A DNA stretch of 63,475 nt, the filler included, from Nemertoderma westbladi (taxonomy: Eukaryota > Animalia > Xenacoelomorpha): NCBI GenBank assembly GCA_032718475.1. It is 3 parts of 3 records of this genome, joined end to end, with 100 filler letters (N's around TTAATTAATTAA, not from the genome) between each part and the next. Parts side by side here need not be neighbours in the genome. Positions count along the whole stretch, not along the records: positions 1 to 29,000 come from JAUCBJ010007995.1; positions 29,101 to 51,896 come from JAUCBJ010005411.1; 1 more part is not named here. One strand, written 5' to 3'. Each line of letters starts with the position of its first letter. Positions within the stretch are counted from its first letter, which is position 1. Position numbers and translations under genes: made by a program. A model generated the notes under the pieces. That model saw only the letters and a list, made by a program, of their open reading frames with translations, had not been told where the DNA came from and did no database searches. Positions 24,164 to 37,633 of this stretch are shown in pieces.

Positions 24164-24720
24164 ATATTGAGAGCAGTTCTTATGTGTGAAGTTTAGTGGC
24201 CACTGTGGGCTTCCGTAGACATAAATTCTCGGACAGATAATTTGCGATCCAAGGATGAACATAGGATATATGAAACAGATAGTTGTTTTAAAAGAAACTG
24301 CACCTCATTCATAGGTTACTGTATGATAAGCTAGCTATACACTATTACTATTGTACAGGAACATAGGTTAGTGCCTACACTATTTTAAAATTCACAACAG
24401 TTCAGGAGCATTCCTCAATCAGTATAAACAATTTTAAGAATAATAAACTATATATATAACGTAATAGCAATAAACTTAATATTTTGTTGCTGATTTAATA
24501 CTTGTTATATACTATTTGCAGAATGTATCTCAAGGATATTGGTTGGCTCCCTTACCATAATGAAGAAGAGTATTATTACTATATGTTCTTATGTTTAACG
24601 ATTCTGTCTAATGTTGAAAGGAATATCAAACATGTATAGAAAAATGACTAAAATATCTATTATTGTTCACCAATGTTAATTAACTTAGTAATCAGAAATA
24701 TATAATCAGATAGGGCGGGG

Positions 24721-25821
24721 GGATGTAGGACAATTCGGTCCCGGACAATTCGGTCCCTAAACACTAAATAAATGGGACCGAATTGTCCGGGACCGAATTG
24801 TCCGGGACCGAATTGTCCTAGGACCGAATTGTCCGGGACCGAATTGTCCTAGGACCGAATTGTCCGGGACCGAATTGTCCGGTTCCTGATATCAACTTTT
24901 TAGTGCTTTTTTGATATTGGTGAATGTTCTAGAACATTAGTAGAGAGATATTTGTTATGCTACCTAGTGTTATTTACTTGCTAGAATTTTTTGAAATTTA
25001 AAAATACTGTATTTTTTTCTATTTTTGTTAGTGGGAAGTGTTCGAAAACATTATTATATATTATTTATTAAGGTGTAGCTAGTGTTTTTTTTTACTAGCT
25101 AGCATTTCCTTGAAATTATAAAAACACTTGTGAAAACATTGATATTTCAGAATTAGGCCTAAACTGTTGCTGATTATATTAATTACCAACAATTTTGATT
25201 ATTATAACAGTCCCTGAATGAGATCAAGCTATTACAGTACCGGTATCTAAGATAATAATTTAGGCTTGTTAACCAACCAACAACACATACAGTATACTTA
25301 CGCAATATATAAAAAAAATCAGTTTTAAACATTTTAAATACATACTATTACTAGCTAGTAAATAATTCACAAGCTCCATAAAAGCACCATAGCTACCATA
25401 AATAATAATGTTAACAAAAAAAAGTAATTTTTTTTATTTTTAAAAAAATACTAGCTAGTAAAAAAAAACACTAGCTAACATATAATAAAATATATTAAGG
25501 TTCTAGAACATTCACCATTATATAGTACCAATTAAATTTGATCCCGGACAATTCGGTCTTGGACAATTCGGTCCCGGACAATTCGGTCCCGGACAATTCG
25601 GTCCCGGACAATTCGGTCCCGGACAATTTGGTCCCGGACAATTCGGTCCCATTAATATGCATGTTTTGGGACCGAATTGTCCTAATCAGTATCCGGACAA
25701 TTCGGTCCCGGACAATTCGGTCCCAAAACACAAAATTAATGGGACCGAATTGTCCGGGACCGAATTGTCCGGGACCGAATTGTCCGAACCGAATTGTCCG
25801 GGACCGAATTCTCCTGCTTGC
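24721..25821. mobile_element. MITE with 15-bp subterminal tandem repeats (MULE-like?)
   Basis: Arrays of GGACAATTCGGTCCC and its reverse complement at both ends in palindromic arrangement; GGCGGGG flanks both sides (TSD length ambiguous). Confidence 0.7.
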
Positions 25822-26084
25822 GGCGGGGGGGGGGGGGGGATTCTAGACGGATTCAAAATTAAACCATCCACAGGTTCACGAATTAAAATGTAACCAATGC
25901 TATTGACTATTTAGATAAGTTTGGTGTATTTATTTGTTTAAACAAATTTTTTTATTTGTTTTTATTTGTTCATTTATTTATTATTATTGGTGTATTATTG
26001 TTTTGATTGTATACTGTACTTGTTGGTCTCTAAATAATTATATTCGCATTTGCACCTTTCGGACATAATATCTTAATAATTAAT

Positions 26085-26225
26085 TACATCATTGTGTGCA
26101 AAGTAGCACTTTGCAGCGTTATGACCCGAGTTTATTTATGTACCGAGCGAGCACAGCGAGGGAGGTTTACATAAATATACAAGGGTCTTTAACGCTGAAA
26201 AGTGACCTTTGCAAGCAATGATGTA
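26085..26225. repeat. Long imperfect palindrome (~140 bp)
   Basis: TACATCATTG..TGCAAAG..CACTTT.CAGCGTTA.GACCC..TATTTATGTA arm pairs with the downstream arm; central ccgagcgagcacagcgag. Confidence 0.8.
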
Positions 26226-26859
26226 TGTAATTTTGTTACATTATACTGTATCAACTTATCAGCGTTCGGTATGTGAAGAAAGGATTTTATGGATACTCAT
26301 TTATTTATACATTTTAATCATGTACTATGGAATTTAAGTGAAATTTATTAACAGGTACACTACATTAATTATACATTTAAATCTAATTATACTGTAGTTT
26401 ATTGGAAGTTATCTCCTAGTTGGAGGTGATAAATCACATTTGGTCAGTTTAGTGTCTTCTATTGGACGTTTCAAGATAATGGATTACAGTACACTTTAAA
26501 CAATTATTTACATACAGTAGCTAGTCCCGTCACTGCAAACTGGATAATAAAGCAGTACGCATTATATAAATGGAAATAATGCATTCTGGAATACGGTAAT
26601 TGAAGTTGTTTGGATATTGATTATTAGCATTGTAGGCCTCATTTTTTACACAGTCTGAGTTAGAGTTGATCACTACCGGTAACTCCCTTTTTTTGTAGTG
26701 CTTACTATTTTAGTTTTTCTTAGTCAGTAGAGGTTCGGTTGAACATAAATCAATAAAATAATATTATATTATTTAGGACAAAATGAGATAGCTTTACATA
26801 TATGTGAGACAATCTACCACCATTAATTAATATTACTAAAAACCTTCAGCTGAGTGCAC

Positions 26860-26967
26860 TGTACAGAATACAAACATAGAACTTAACACATAGTAATATG
26901 TGGCGTTGTTTATGCACACATATAATGAAGGTCCATATTAGATATTGAGTATAAATCCTACTGTACA
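26860..26967 (-). mobile_element. Candidate short 3' LTR of the adjacent Gypsy element
   Basis: TGTACAG...CTGTACA termini; G-rich tract (minus-strand TGGGGCGGCA) adjacent on the pol side; partner LTR not in the segment. Confidence 0.45.
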
Positions 26968-26992
26968 TGCCGCCCCAGTCTATTGGTCGTAT

Positions 26993-29000
26993 TTAAAGGA
27001 ACAATATAGACGTTTCGTTTCGTGTCAGTTTCGTTGCTTGGTAACGGATCGGTGGTCGTCTCTCCCGTGTGCCACGTCGTAATACATCCGGGTAATTATG
27101 TACAGGCATGGAAGGAGATTTAAGAGTTTTAGTGTCGTGAGTCGACATGGTAGATGAATCTGTCGAAATGATAGGCATAGGTCGTAGAAATCGTCTGTTG
27201 CGCAGGAATACTCGTCCTGATGGAAGCAGCACGTAGTAACTGCGCCTATTGTTTTCTTCATTTCGCATGGATGTGATTTTGCCAAATCGATCCCACTTGC
27301 CAGTAACTGTGTCTTGGATATATACCATTGTTCCTATGTTCAAGATTGGTAGGGTATGGGCATGATTATCATAGCGTTGTTTGCTTGCAAACTCTTCACG
27401 TTTTCGACGGGCAGCCATTTTCTCAGCATTATCCAATCGATCACCCCAGTGAATATCCATTAGGCTACGGCTTGCGGGTAAACGCGTTCTTGTTAGTCGT
27501 CCATATAACATCTCTGAGGGTGCTGGGTGTTCTGAATTATGTGGGGTGTTCCTCCATTCGAGAAGACCTTCTATAAAGCTCAATTTGTCGAAATTGCCAT
27601 TTGCTGAGGTGCTTTTCTTTGCAAGAGCTTTCATAGACTTTACTGCAGCTTCAGCGTGTCCGTTTGACTGGGGGTAATGGGCACTGCTGATAGCATGATT
27701 TATAGACCAGTCTTCACAAAATTGTTTAAATTCACGTGAAGTATATTGAGATCCCCCATCGGTTCTGAGTTTAATTGGCACTCCCGTGTCGCAAAACCAT
27801 TCAGCCATCTTTGTTTTAACAGATGTGGTAGTGGGGACAGTCTTGCCAAAGAAGAATACATTTGGCCACCCACTGTACCGATCGACATAAACCATGAAAT
27901 AATTTCCTCCATAGCTAAATATGTCTGAGGAAACCCTTTCAAATGGCCGTTTTGGAAGTGATTCCTGTATAAGGGGCTCTTGACATTGGCTTGCCTTGTG
28001 GACTTGGCACAGTTCACATGCTTCGATAGTGTTCCTAATAGCACTTCGAAAACCTGGCCAGTAATAAAGCTGGCGTGCCCGTTCGATAGTACGGCGCACT
28101 CCCTGGTGTGAGGCATGTAGACGGCGAAGTATTTCTCCCCTAGCTTGTATCGGCACTACTATACGGTTTCCTAAGACAATAAGACCATCTTGGATTGATA
28201 ATTCTGGAAGTATATTTTTATATGGAGTTAAAGTCGAGGGTAATTGGTTAGGTGAAGATAAACCATTAATAATGATGTTACGAAGTATATCGTAATTTTC
28301 ATCATTTTTAGCAGCATCATATAGAAGTTTGTATGCTGGATCTATTTCTTTGGTCAAAACAGACATAACAGAACGAACATGTAAGGCAACATCTTCAGCG
28401 AAATCTGAGTCACCTGGTGTTGGTTTATCGACTGGAGAACGTGATAAAGTGTCAGCTATTATGTTATCTTTACCCGGAATCCACTCAGCTCTTATATTAT
28501 AACCCATTAATTTCTCTTTCAGTCGCTGCAGTCGAACATTATCGATAGCATTGAGCAATTTGTCATTTAAAATGGAGCGTAATGGTTTGTGATCAGTCTT
28601 TATTATAATTCGTGGACATCCTAAAAGATATGTTCGACATTTTTTGACTGCCCATACAACTCCAAGAAGTTCGAGTTCGCAAACTGCCCAGTTCGCTTCA
28701 GTCGTTGTGATAAACCTGCTCCCACATTGAACTATACGCCAACCTGCGTTATGTTTCTGCATGAGGACAAAGCCCAATCCATTTCTTGATGCATCTGTAA
28801 ATAGTGCTGTTTCCAGGTTCATATCGAATGGTTTCAGAATAGGTAAAGAAATCATAGTAGCTTTGATATCTTCAAAATTAGCAGTGTGTTCATCAGTCCA
28901 ACGAAAAGTATTTTTTGAGCTTAATAATTCCTTCAGTGGTGCCGATGTTGGGGCAATTTTGTCTGAAAACATGTTCAGCTGGTGAATAAGTCCTAGAAAA
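26993..29000 (-). mobile_element. Ty3/Gypsy pol (RNase H + integrase), open frame truncated by the gap
   Basis: TDAS, ELELL, TDHKPL, ADTLSR; H..HQG..CELC; SDIF, RTDGGSQY, HYPQSNGHAEAAVK; RNRRFLR (Mag/K02A2.6-like). Confidence 0.93.
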
Positions 29001-29100
29001 NNNNNNNNNNNNNNNNNNNNNNNNNNNNNNNNNNNNNNNNNNNNTTAATTAATTAANNNNNNNNNNNNNNNNNNNNNNNNNNNNNNNNNNNNNNNNNNNN
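29001..29100. other. Assembly gap / artificial contig linker
   Basis: 100-nt N run with central TTAATTAATTAA (stop codons in all six frames). Confidence 0.97.
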
Positions 29101-29217
29101 CTAATGTTTTTGGTTTGTTTTGTATTAAATCTTATCATCTTACAAAAGGCAGATTATCAATAAAGACATATAAATTTCGGCAGGTTAAACTGCTGAAGGT
29201 CTATAAAAGCGCGTACA
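29101..29217 (+). mobile_element. 3' end of a diverged member of the solo-LTR family
   Basis: AAGACATATAAATTTCGGCAGGTTAAACTGCTGAAGGTCTATAAAAGCGCGTACA matches the family terminus. Confidence 0.7.
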
Positions 29218-32200
29218 TATACTGTTAATATAAACAACTACCCGCGATACTGTATACTGTTAATATAAACAACTACCCGTGATACTGTATACTGTTAATA
29301 TAAACAACTACCCACGATACTGTATACTGTTAATATAAACAACTACCCGCGATACTGTATACTGTTAATATAAACAACTACCCGTGATACTGTATACTGT
29401 TAATATAAACAACTACCCGCGATACTGTATACTGTTAATATAAACAACTACCCGCGATACTGTATACTGTTAATATAAACAACTACCCACGATACTGTAT
29501 ACTGTTAATATAAACAACTACCCGCGATACTGTATACTGTTAATATAAACAACTACCCGCGATACTGTATACTGTTAATATAAACAACTACCCGCGATAC
29601 TGTATACTGTTAATATAAACAACTACCCGTGATACTGTATACTGTTAATATAAACAACTACCCACGATACTGTATACTGTTAATATAAACAACTACCCGT
29701 GATACTGTATACTGTTAATATAAACAACTACCCACGATACTGTATACTGTTAATATAAACAACTACCCGCGATACTGTATACTGTTAATATAAACAACTA
29801 CCCGCGATACTGTATACTGTTAATATAAACAACTACCCGTGATACTGTATACTGTTAATATAAACAACTACCCACGATACTGTATACTGTTAATATAAAC
29901 AACTACCCGCGATACTGTATACTGTTAATATAAACAACTACCCGTGATACTGTATACTGTTAATATAAACAACTACCCGCGATACTGTATACTGTTAATA
30001 TAAACAACTACTGTACCCGCGATACTGTATACTGTTAATATAAACAACTACCCGCGATACTGTATACTGTTAATATAAACAACTACCCGCGATACTGTAT
30101 ACTGTTAATATAAACAACTACTGTACCCGCGATACTGTATACTGTTAATATAAACAACTACCCGCGATACTGTATACTGTTAATATAAACAACTACTGTA
30201 CCCGCGATACTGTATACTGTTAATATAAACAACTACCCGTGATACTGTATACTGTTAATATAAACAACTACCCGCGATACTGTATACTGTTAATATAAAC
30301 AACTACCCGCGATACTGTATAATGTTAATATAAACAACTACCCGCGATACGGTATACTGTTAATATAAACAACTACTGTACCCGCGATACTGTATACTGT
30401 TAATATAAACAACTACCCGCGATACTGTATACTGTTAATATAAACAACTACCCGCGATACTGTATACTGTTAATATAAACAACTACCCGCGATACTGTAT
30501 ACTGTTAATATAAACAACTACCCGCGATACTGTATACTGTTAATATAAACAACTACTGTACCCGAGATACTGTATACTGTTAATATAAACAACTACCCGC
30601 GATACTGTATACTGTTAATATAAACAACTACCCGCGATACTGTATACTGTTAATATAAACAACTACCCGCGATACTGTATACTGTTAATATAAACAACTA
30701 CCCGCGATACTGTATACTGTTAATATAAACAACTACCCACGATACTGTATACTGTTAATATAAACAACTACCCGTGATACTGTATACTGTTAATATAAAC
30801 AACTACCCACGATACTGTATACTGTTAATATAAACAACTACCCGCGATACTGTATACTGTTAATATAAACAACTACCCGTGATACTGTATACTGTTAATA
30901 TAAACAACTACCCGCGATACTGTATACTGTTAATATAAACAACTACCCGCGATACTGTATACTGTTAATATAAACAACTACCCGCGATACTGTATACTGT
31001 TAATATAAACAACTACCCGCGATACTGTATACTGTTAATATAAACAACTACCCGCGATACTGTATACTGTTAATATAAACAACTACCCGCGATACTGTAT
31101 ACTGTTAATATAAACAACTACCCGTGATACTGTATACTGTTAATATAAACAACTACCCACGATACTGTATACTGTTAATATAAACAACTACCCGTGATAC
31201 TGTATACTGTTAATATAAACAACTACCCACGATACTGTATACTGTTAATATAAACAACTACCCGCGATACTGTATACTGTTAATATAAACAACTACCCGC
31301 GATACTGTATACTGTTAATATAAACAACTACCCGTGATACTGTATACTGTTAATATAAACAACTACCCACGATACTGTATACTGTTAATATAAACAACTA
31401 CCCGCGATACTGTATACTGTTAATATAAACAACTACCCGTGATACTGTATACTGTTAATATAAACAACTACTGTACCCGCGATACTGTATACTGTTAATA
31501 TAAACAACTACCCGTGATACTGTATACTGTTAATATAAACAACTACCCACGATACTGTATACTGTTAATATAAACAACTACCCGCGATACTGTATACTGT
31601 TAATATAAACAACTACCCGTGATACTGTATACTGTTAATATAAACAACTACCCGCGATACTGTATACTGTTAATATAAACAACTACCCGTGATACTGTAT
31701 ACTGTTAATATAAACAACTACCCACGATACTGTATACTGTTAATATAAACAACTACCCGCGATACTGTATACTGTTAATATAAACAACTACCCGTGATAC
31801 TGTATACTGTTAATATAAACAACTACCCGCGATACTGTATACTGTTAATATAAACAACTACTGTACCCGCGATACTGTATACTGTTAATATAAACAACTA
31901 CCCGCGATACTGTATACTGTTAATATAAACAACTACCCGCGATACTGTATACTGTTAATATAAACAACTACTGTACCCGCGATACTGTATACTGTTAATA
32001 TAAACAACTACCCGCGATACTGTATACTGTTAATATAAACAACTACTGTACCCGCGATACTGTATACTGTTAATATAAACAACTACCCGTGATACTGTAT
32101 ACTGTTAATATAAACAACTACCCGCGATACTGTATACTGTTAATATAAACAACTACCCGCGATACTGTATAATGTTAATATAAACAACTACCCGCGATAC

Positions 32201-35200
32201 GGTATACTGTTAATATAAACAACTACTGTACCCGCGATACTGTATACTGTTAATATAAACAACTACCCGCGATACTGTATACTGTTAATATAAACAACTA
32301 CCCGCGATACTGTATACTGTTAATATAAACAACTACCCGCGATACTGTATACTGTTAATATAAACAACTACCCGCGATACTGTATACTGTTAATATAAAC
32401 AACTACTGTACCCGAGATACTGTATACTGTTAATATAAACAACTACCCGCGATACTGTATACTGTTAATATAAACAACTACCCGCGATACTGTATACTGT
32501 TAATATAAACAACTACCCGCGATACTGTATACTGTTAATATAAACAACTACCCGCGATACTGTATACTGTTAATATAAACAACTACCCACGATACTGTAT
32601 ACTGTTAATATAAACAACTACCCGTGATACTGTATACTGTTAATATAAACAACTACCCACGATACTGTATACTGTTAATATAAACAACTACCCGCGATAC
32701 TGTATACTGTTAATATAAACAACTACCCGTGATACTGTATACTGTTAATATAAACAACTACCCGCGATACTGTATACTGTTAATATAAACAACTACCCAC
32801 GATACTGTATACTGTTAATATAAACAACTACCCGTGATACTGTATACTGTTAATATAAACAACTACCCACGATACTGTATACTGTTAATATAAACAACTA
32901 CCCGCGATACTGTATACTGTTAATATAAACAACTACCCGTGATACTGTATACTGTTAATATAAACAACTACCCGCGATACTGTATACTGTTAATATAAAC
33001 AACTACCCGCGATACTGTATACTGTTAATATAAACAACTACCCGCGATACTGTATACTGTTAATATAAACAACTACCCGCGATACTGTATACTGTTAATA
33101 TAAACAACTACCCGCGATACTGTATACTGTTAATATAAACAACTACCCGTGATACTGTATACTGTTAATATAAACAACTACCCACGATACTGTATACTGT
33201 TAATATAAACAACTACCCGTGATACTGTATACTGTTAATATAAACAACTACCCACGATACTGTATACTGTTAATATAAACAACTACCCGCGATACTGTAT
33301 ACTGTTAATATAAACAACTACCCGCGATACTGTATACTGTTAATATAAACAACTACCCGTGATACTGTATACTGTTAATATAAACAACTACCCACGATAC
33401 TGTATACTGTTAATATAAACAACTACCCGCGATACTGTATACTGTTAATATAAACAACTACCCGTGATACTGTATACTGTTAATATAAACAACTACCCGC
33501 GATACTGTATACTGTTAATATAAACAACTACTGTACCCGCGATACTGTATACTGTTAATATAAACAACTACCCGCGATACTGTATACTGTTAATATAAAC
33601 AACTACCCGCGATACTGTATACTGTTAATATAAACAACTACCCGCGATACTGTATACTGTTAATATAAACAACTACTGTACCCGCGATACTGTATACTGT
33701 TAATATAAACAACTACCCGCGATACTGTATACTGTTAATATAAACAACTACTGTACCCGCGATACTGTATACTGTTAATATAAACAACTACCCGTGATAC
33801 TGTATACTGTTAATATAAACAACTACCCGCGATACTGTATACTGTTAATATAAACAACTACCCGCGATACTGTATAATGTTAATATAAACAACTACCCGC
33901 GATACGGTATACTGTTAATATAAACAACTACTGTACCCGCGATACTGTATACTGTTAATATAAACAACTACCCGCGATACTGTATACTGTTAATATAAAC
34001 AACTACCCGCGATACTGTATACTGTTAATATAAACAACTACCCGCGATACTGTATACTGTTAATATAAACAACTACCCGCGATACTGTATACTGTTAATA
34101 TAAACAACTACTGTACCCGAGATACTGTATACTGTTAATATAAACAACTACCCGCGATACTGTATACTGTTAATATAAACAACTACCCGCGATACTGTAT
34201 ACTGTTAATATAAACAACTACCCGCGATACTGTATACTGTTAATATAAACAACTACCCGCGATACTGTATACTGTTAATATAAACAACTACCCACGATAC
34301 TGTATACTGTTAATATAAACAACTACCCGCGATACTGTATACTGTTAATATAAACAACTACCCGCGATACTGTATACTGTTAATATAAACAACTACCCGC
34401 GATACTGTATACTGTTAATATAAACAACTACCCGCGATACTGTATACTGTTAATATAAACAACTACCCGCGATACTGTATACTGTTAATATAAACAACTA
34501 CCCGCGATACTGTATACTGTTAATATAAACAACTACCCGCGATACTGTATACTGTTAATATAAACAACTACCCGCGATACTGTATACTGTTAATATAAAC
34601 AACTACCCGCTATACTGTATACTGTTAATATAAACAACTACCCGCGATACTGTATACTGTTAATATAAACAACTACTGTACCCGCGATACTGTATACTGT
34701 TAATATAAACAACTACCCGCGATACTGTATACTGTTAATATAAACAACCACTGTACCCGCGATACTGTATACTGTTAATATAAACAACTACCCGCGATAC
34801 TGTATACTGTTAATATAAACAACTACTGTACCCGCGATACTGTATACTGTTAATATAAACAACTACCCGCGATACTGTATACTGTTAATATAAACAACCA
34901 CCCGCGATACTGTTAATATAAACAACTACCCACGATACTGTATACTGTTAATATAAACAACTACCCGCGATACTGTATACTGTTAATATAAACAACTACC
35001 CGCGATACTGTATACTGTTAATATAAACAACTACCCGCGATACTGTATACTGTTAATATAAACAACTACCCGCGATACTGTATACTGTTAATATAAACAA
35101 CTACTGTACCCGCGATACTGTATACTGTTAATATAAACAACTACCCGCGATACTGTATACTGTTAATATAAACAACTACCCGCGATACTGTATACTGTTA

Positions 35201-35289
35201 ATATAAACAACTACCCGCGATACGTATACTGTTAATATAAACAACTACCCGCGATACTGTATACTGTTAATATAAACAACTACCCGCGA
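29218..35289 (+). repeat. 35-bp satellite (TATACTGTTAATATAAACAACTACCCGCGATACTG)n, about 170 copies
   Basis: Near-perfect 6-kb array with CCCGC/CCCGT/CCCAC variants and 40-bp units carrying an extra CTGTA. Confidence 0.98.
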
Positions 35290-35525
35290 GATGTGGTCGA
35301 GAATAGTCTCCAACACTCCGCTAGCTCCAACAGTAGCACCCAATCCTACTGTACTGACGATACTGACTGTTTTATACGATTTGTACCAACAGTCTCCAAA
35401 GCTATAAAAACAATCCTTGGTCAGATAGGATTGCACACATTTAATTTCGAACGTAGGACTCGGTCAAATATATTGGACCAGACGAACTACCAATTTAAAC
35501 TTCGGTCTAATAGCAGTCAATAGTG

Positions 35526-35980
35526 CTGGTTTACAAGGCTGAGATACTGTAACTCCCTCTTGAAAAGACTCCCCAATCGTCTCAACTTAGGCTGAGAACA
35601 CTCCCCACCCCCAGTTATCGTAGTCTAGGCTTAGAACACCCCCGTTAGGCTGAGATGACTCCCCTTAGGCTGAGATGACTCCCCTTAGGCTGCGATGACT
35701 CCCCTTAGGCTGAGATGACTCCGCTTAGGCTGAGATGACTCCCCTAATTGAGTTATAATTCATATCCGTACCTGTGCTATTTCCATATATTGCAAAAATT
35801 AAACTGTTACCTATGTTAATGAGTTGTCGTTTATTGTTTTGGTTAGAAAAGCCTGCCACTGTAACCTGCTCCTTTCCGTTAATTAAGAAATCTAGGAAGA
35901 AAACTGGGGGTGTTCTCAGCCTAGACTGAGAAGACTGGGGAGTCATATTTGGTGGGAGTTATCTCAGCCTGTTACACCGG
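35526..35980. mobile_element. MITE with 19-bp subterminal repeats
   Basis: (AGGCTGAGATGACTCCCCTT)n on the left and inverted copies on the right, ending TCTCAGCCTGTTACACCGG. Confidence 0.6.
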
Positions 35981-35996
35981 ACGAACTACCAATTAA

Positions 35997-37633
35997 AGGG
36001 GGGGGGGGGGGGGGGGGTACAGCATTTTCGGACAACTCTTCGATTTAACACTCTCAGCGTTTCAAAATTGTTTGGTTTTGGCTAAAATTTGGCATATAGG
36101 TGCCTAAGATGCTATTCTACATGACAGGTCAAAAAACTTTTTGACCTATTTAATATTAGTTGATACTAGTTAACAACAAAAAAAACTTGGTTGCGCTTAA
36201 AACCCTAAGACTTTTACAGTTTTGAACCTAATCACATGAAAGTTTTTTTATAATGAAATATGATGATAATAATACATAATTTAATATGATGATGGGGTGA
36301 TGATAACTCCACCTACTGGCTCCAGAAGTCGAGGAAATCCTGCCAAGTACCTAACTGATCTAGACTTTGCTGATGACTTAGGAGTACTCTCAGAATCACT
36401 AGAGGGAGGGAGCCCAACGGCTCCTCAGCTCATTAGAACATGCTGCTTCTAGTGTTGGTCTTTTTATTAACTCCAGAAAGACCAAAATTCTGACCGTTAA
36501 CTTTGAAAGTCCTCAGCAAGTCTCTGATCGGATGAGCATAAGCTCAAAGGATGGTATGCTTGAGCATGTGGACGACTTCTGTTACCTGGGATCATGGATC
36601 CGGAAGTCAGGTGAGGACCTTCGAATACGTAAGGGAAAGGCACGGGCAGCCTTGAATAGGCTTTCCAGGATTTGGAAGTCACTGAGAATTAATCGGAAAC
36701 TAAGGTCCGATTATTTAGAGCAGCAGTAGTTCCAGTACTCCTCTACGGGAGTCCATGCAGGGCTCTAACTGCTGAGTACACCAAATCTCTGGATGGCACA
36801 TTCACAAGAATGCTACGCCGGGTTCATTGTGTCAAGAACAATGCACACATCTCCAACCAGACACTATATAACATTGCAGGTGTCTCATTGGTTCCCCCAA
36901 GCTTGACACTAGAACAAAATCGCCTCCGCTTTGCAGGACATTGCTTTTGCCGTGAGGACCAGCCAGTGCATAATCTTGTACTTTGGCAGCCTCATGAGTG
37001 AATAAGCTTGGTGGACAGCCCATGACTTTCTTGAGAAGCATCTTAAAGGACACTGGCCTTAAAGTTGCGGATGATCTAGCAAATGTCATGGGTGATAGGG
37101 AGTTGTGGCGGTGCAATTTTGTTGACAAGCCGGCACAGCATTCTTAAAAATGCAGCTGCAATGCAGCTTACCGATCCTAGTAGTAGTAGTTTTTTATATG
37201 ATAGATCAAAGATGTGGCAACATATCTATCAGGCGAAATTTTGTTAAAATAATTCTACACCGCTAGGTGGCGCTGCAAATTTATGCAAATTTTTAGGTTT
37301 TTAATAAATAGTATTAAAATTTATTAACAAAAAATTTCGAAAAGTTGTCTGATACTTTCATGCAGGGTGGCTAACTAGACACCCACAGGAAGTTTCAGAC
37401 TAATTACTTAAAAATTGTAGAAGTAGTAGGGTTTTGAAGTTGACAATTTCATGAAAAAAATATTTGGAGATAATCGACCTTTCATTATACATAGTAATAG
37501 TAATTTCAATAGGATTCCCTAAATGGAAATTTACATAACTTGAAAACTAAAAGAGCAATTAAATAGACCCTAAATTATAATAGACCATAAAAAAAATTTC
37601 GACATATTTTGGTCCAAAATGGTGTACCCCCCC
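35997..37633. mobile_element. Kolobok-like MITE interrupted by an RTE LINE
   Basis: TTAA flanks; (G)nTACA..ATTTT TIRs; uninterrupted copy in opposite orientation at 41048-41803. Confidence 0.75.
36253..37187 (+). mobile_element. 5'-truncated RTE LINE
   Basis: DLDFADDL, INSRKTK, DDFCYLGSWI, NRLRFAGHC; (TAG)n tail; flanked by the duplicated host-MITE sequence AGTTTTTT(T)ATA. Confidence 0.88.

Larger units (their letters stand above)
18542..24217. mobile_element. IS3EU-like DDE DNA transposon with HECT-like cargo (decayed)
   Basis: ~53-bp TIRs TACGGAAxCCCACAGTGGCCACTAAACTTCACACATAAGAACTGCTCTCAATAT; TAC...GTA termini; flanked by the 17-bp direct repeat GACATAAATTCTCGGAC; two convergent degenerate genes. 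Confidence 0.8.

Noticed and set aside
23709-25893. ORFs with HTKTTS or GTELS/PDNSV repeats
   Set aside because: Translations of minisatellite and MITE subterminal repeats
29045-29056. TTAATTAATTAA as a biological motif
   Set aside because: Identical in both N runs; a six-frame-stop assembly linker
26993-29217. Gypsy pol and the post-gap LTR as one element
   Set aside because: They are separated by an artificial linker, and the post-gap LTR sequence is not found downstream of the pol
29218-35289. CRISPR-like array (35-bp period)
   Set aside because: Units are contiguous with no unique spacers, there are no cas genes, and the context is eukaryotic
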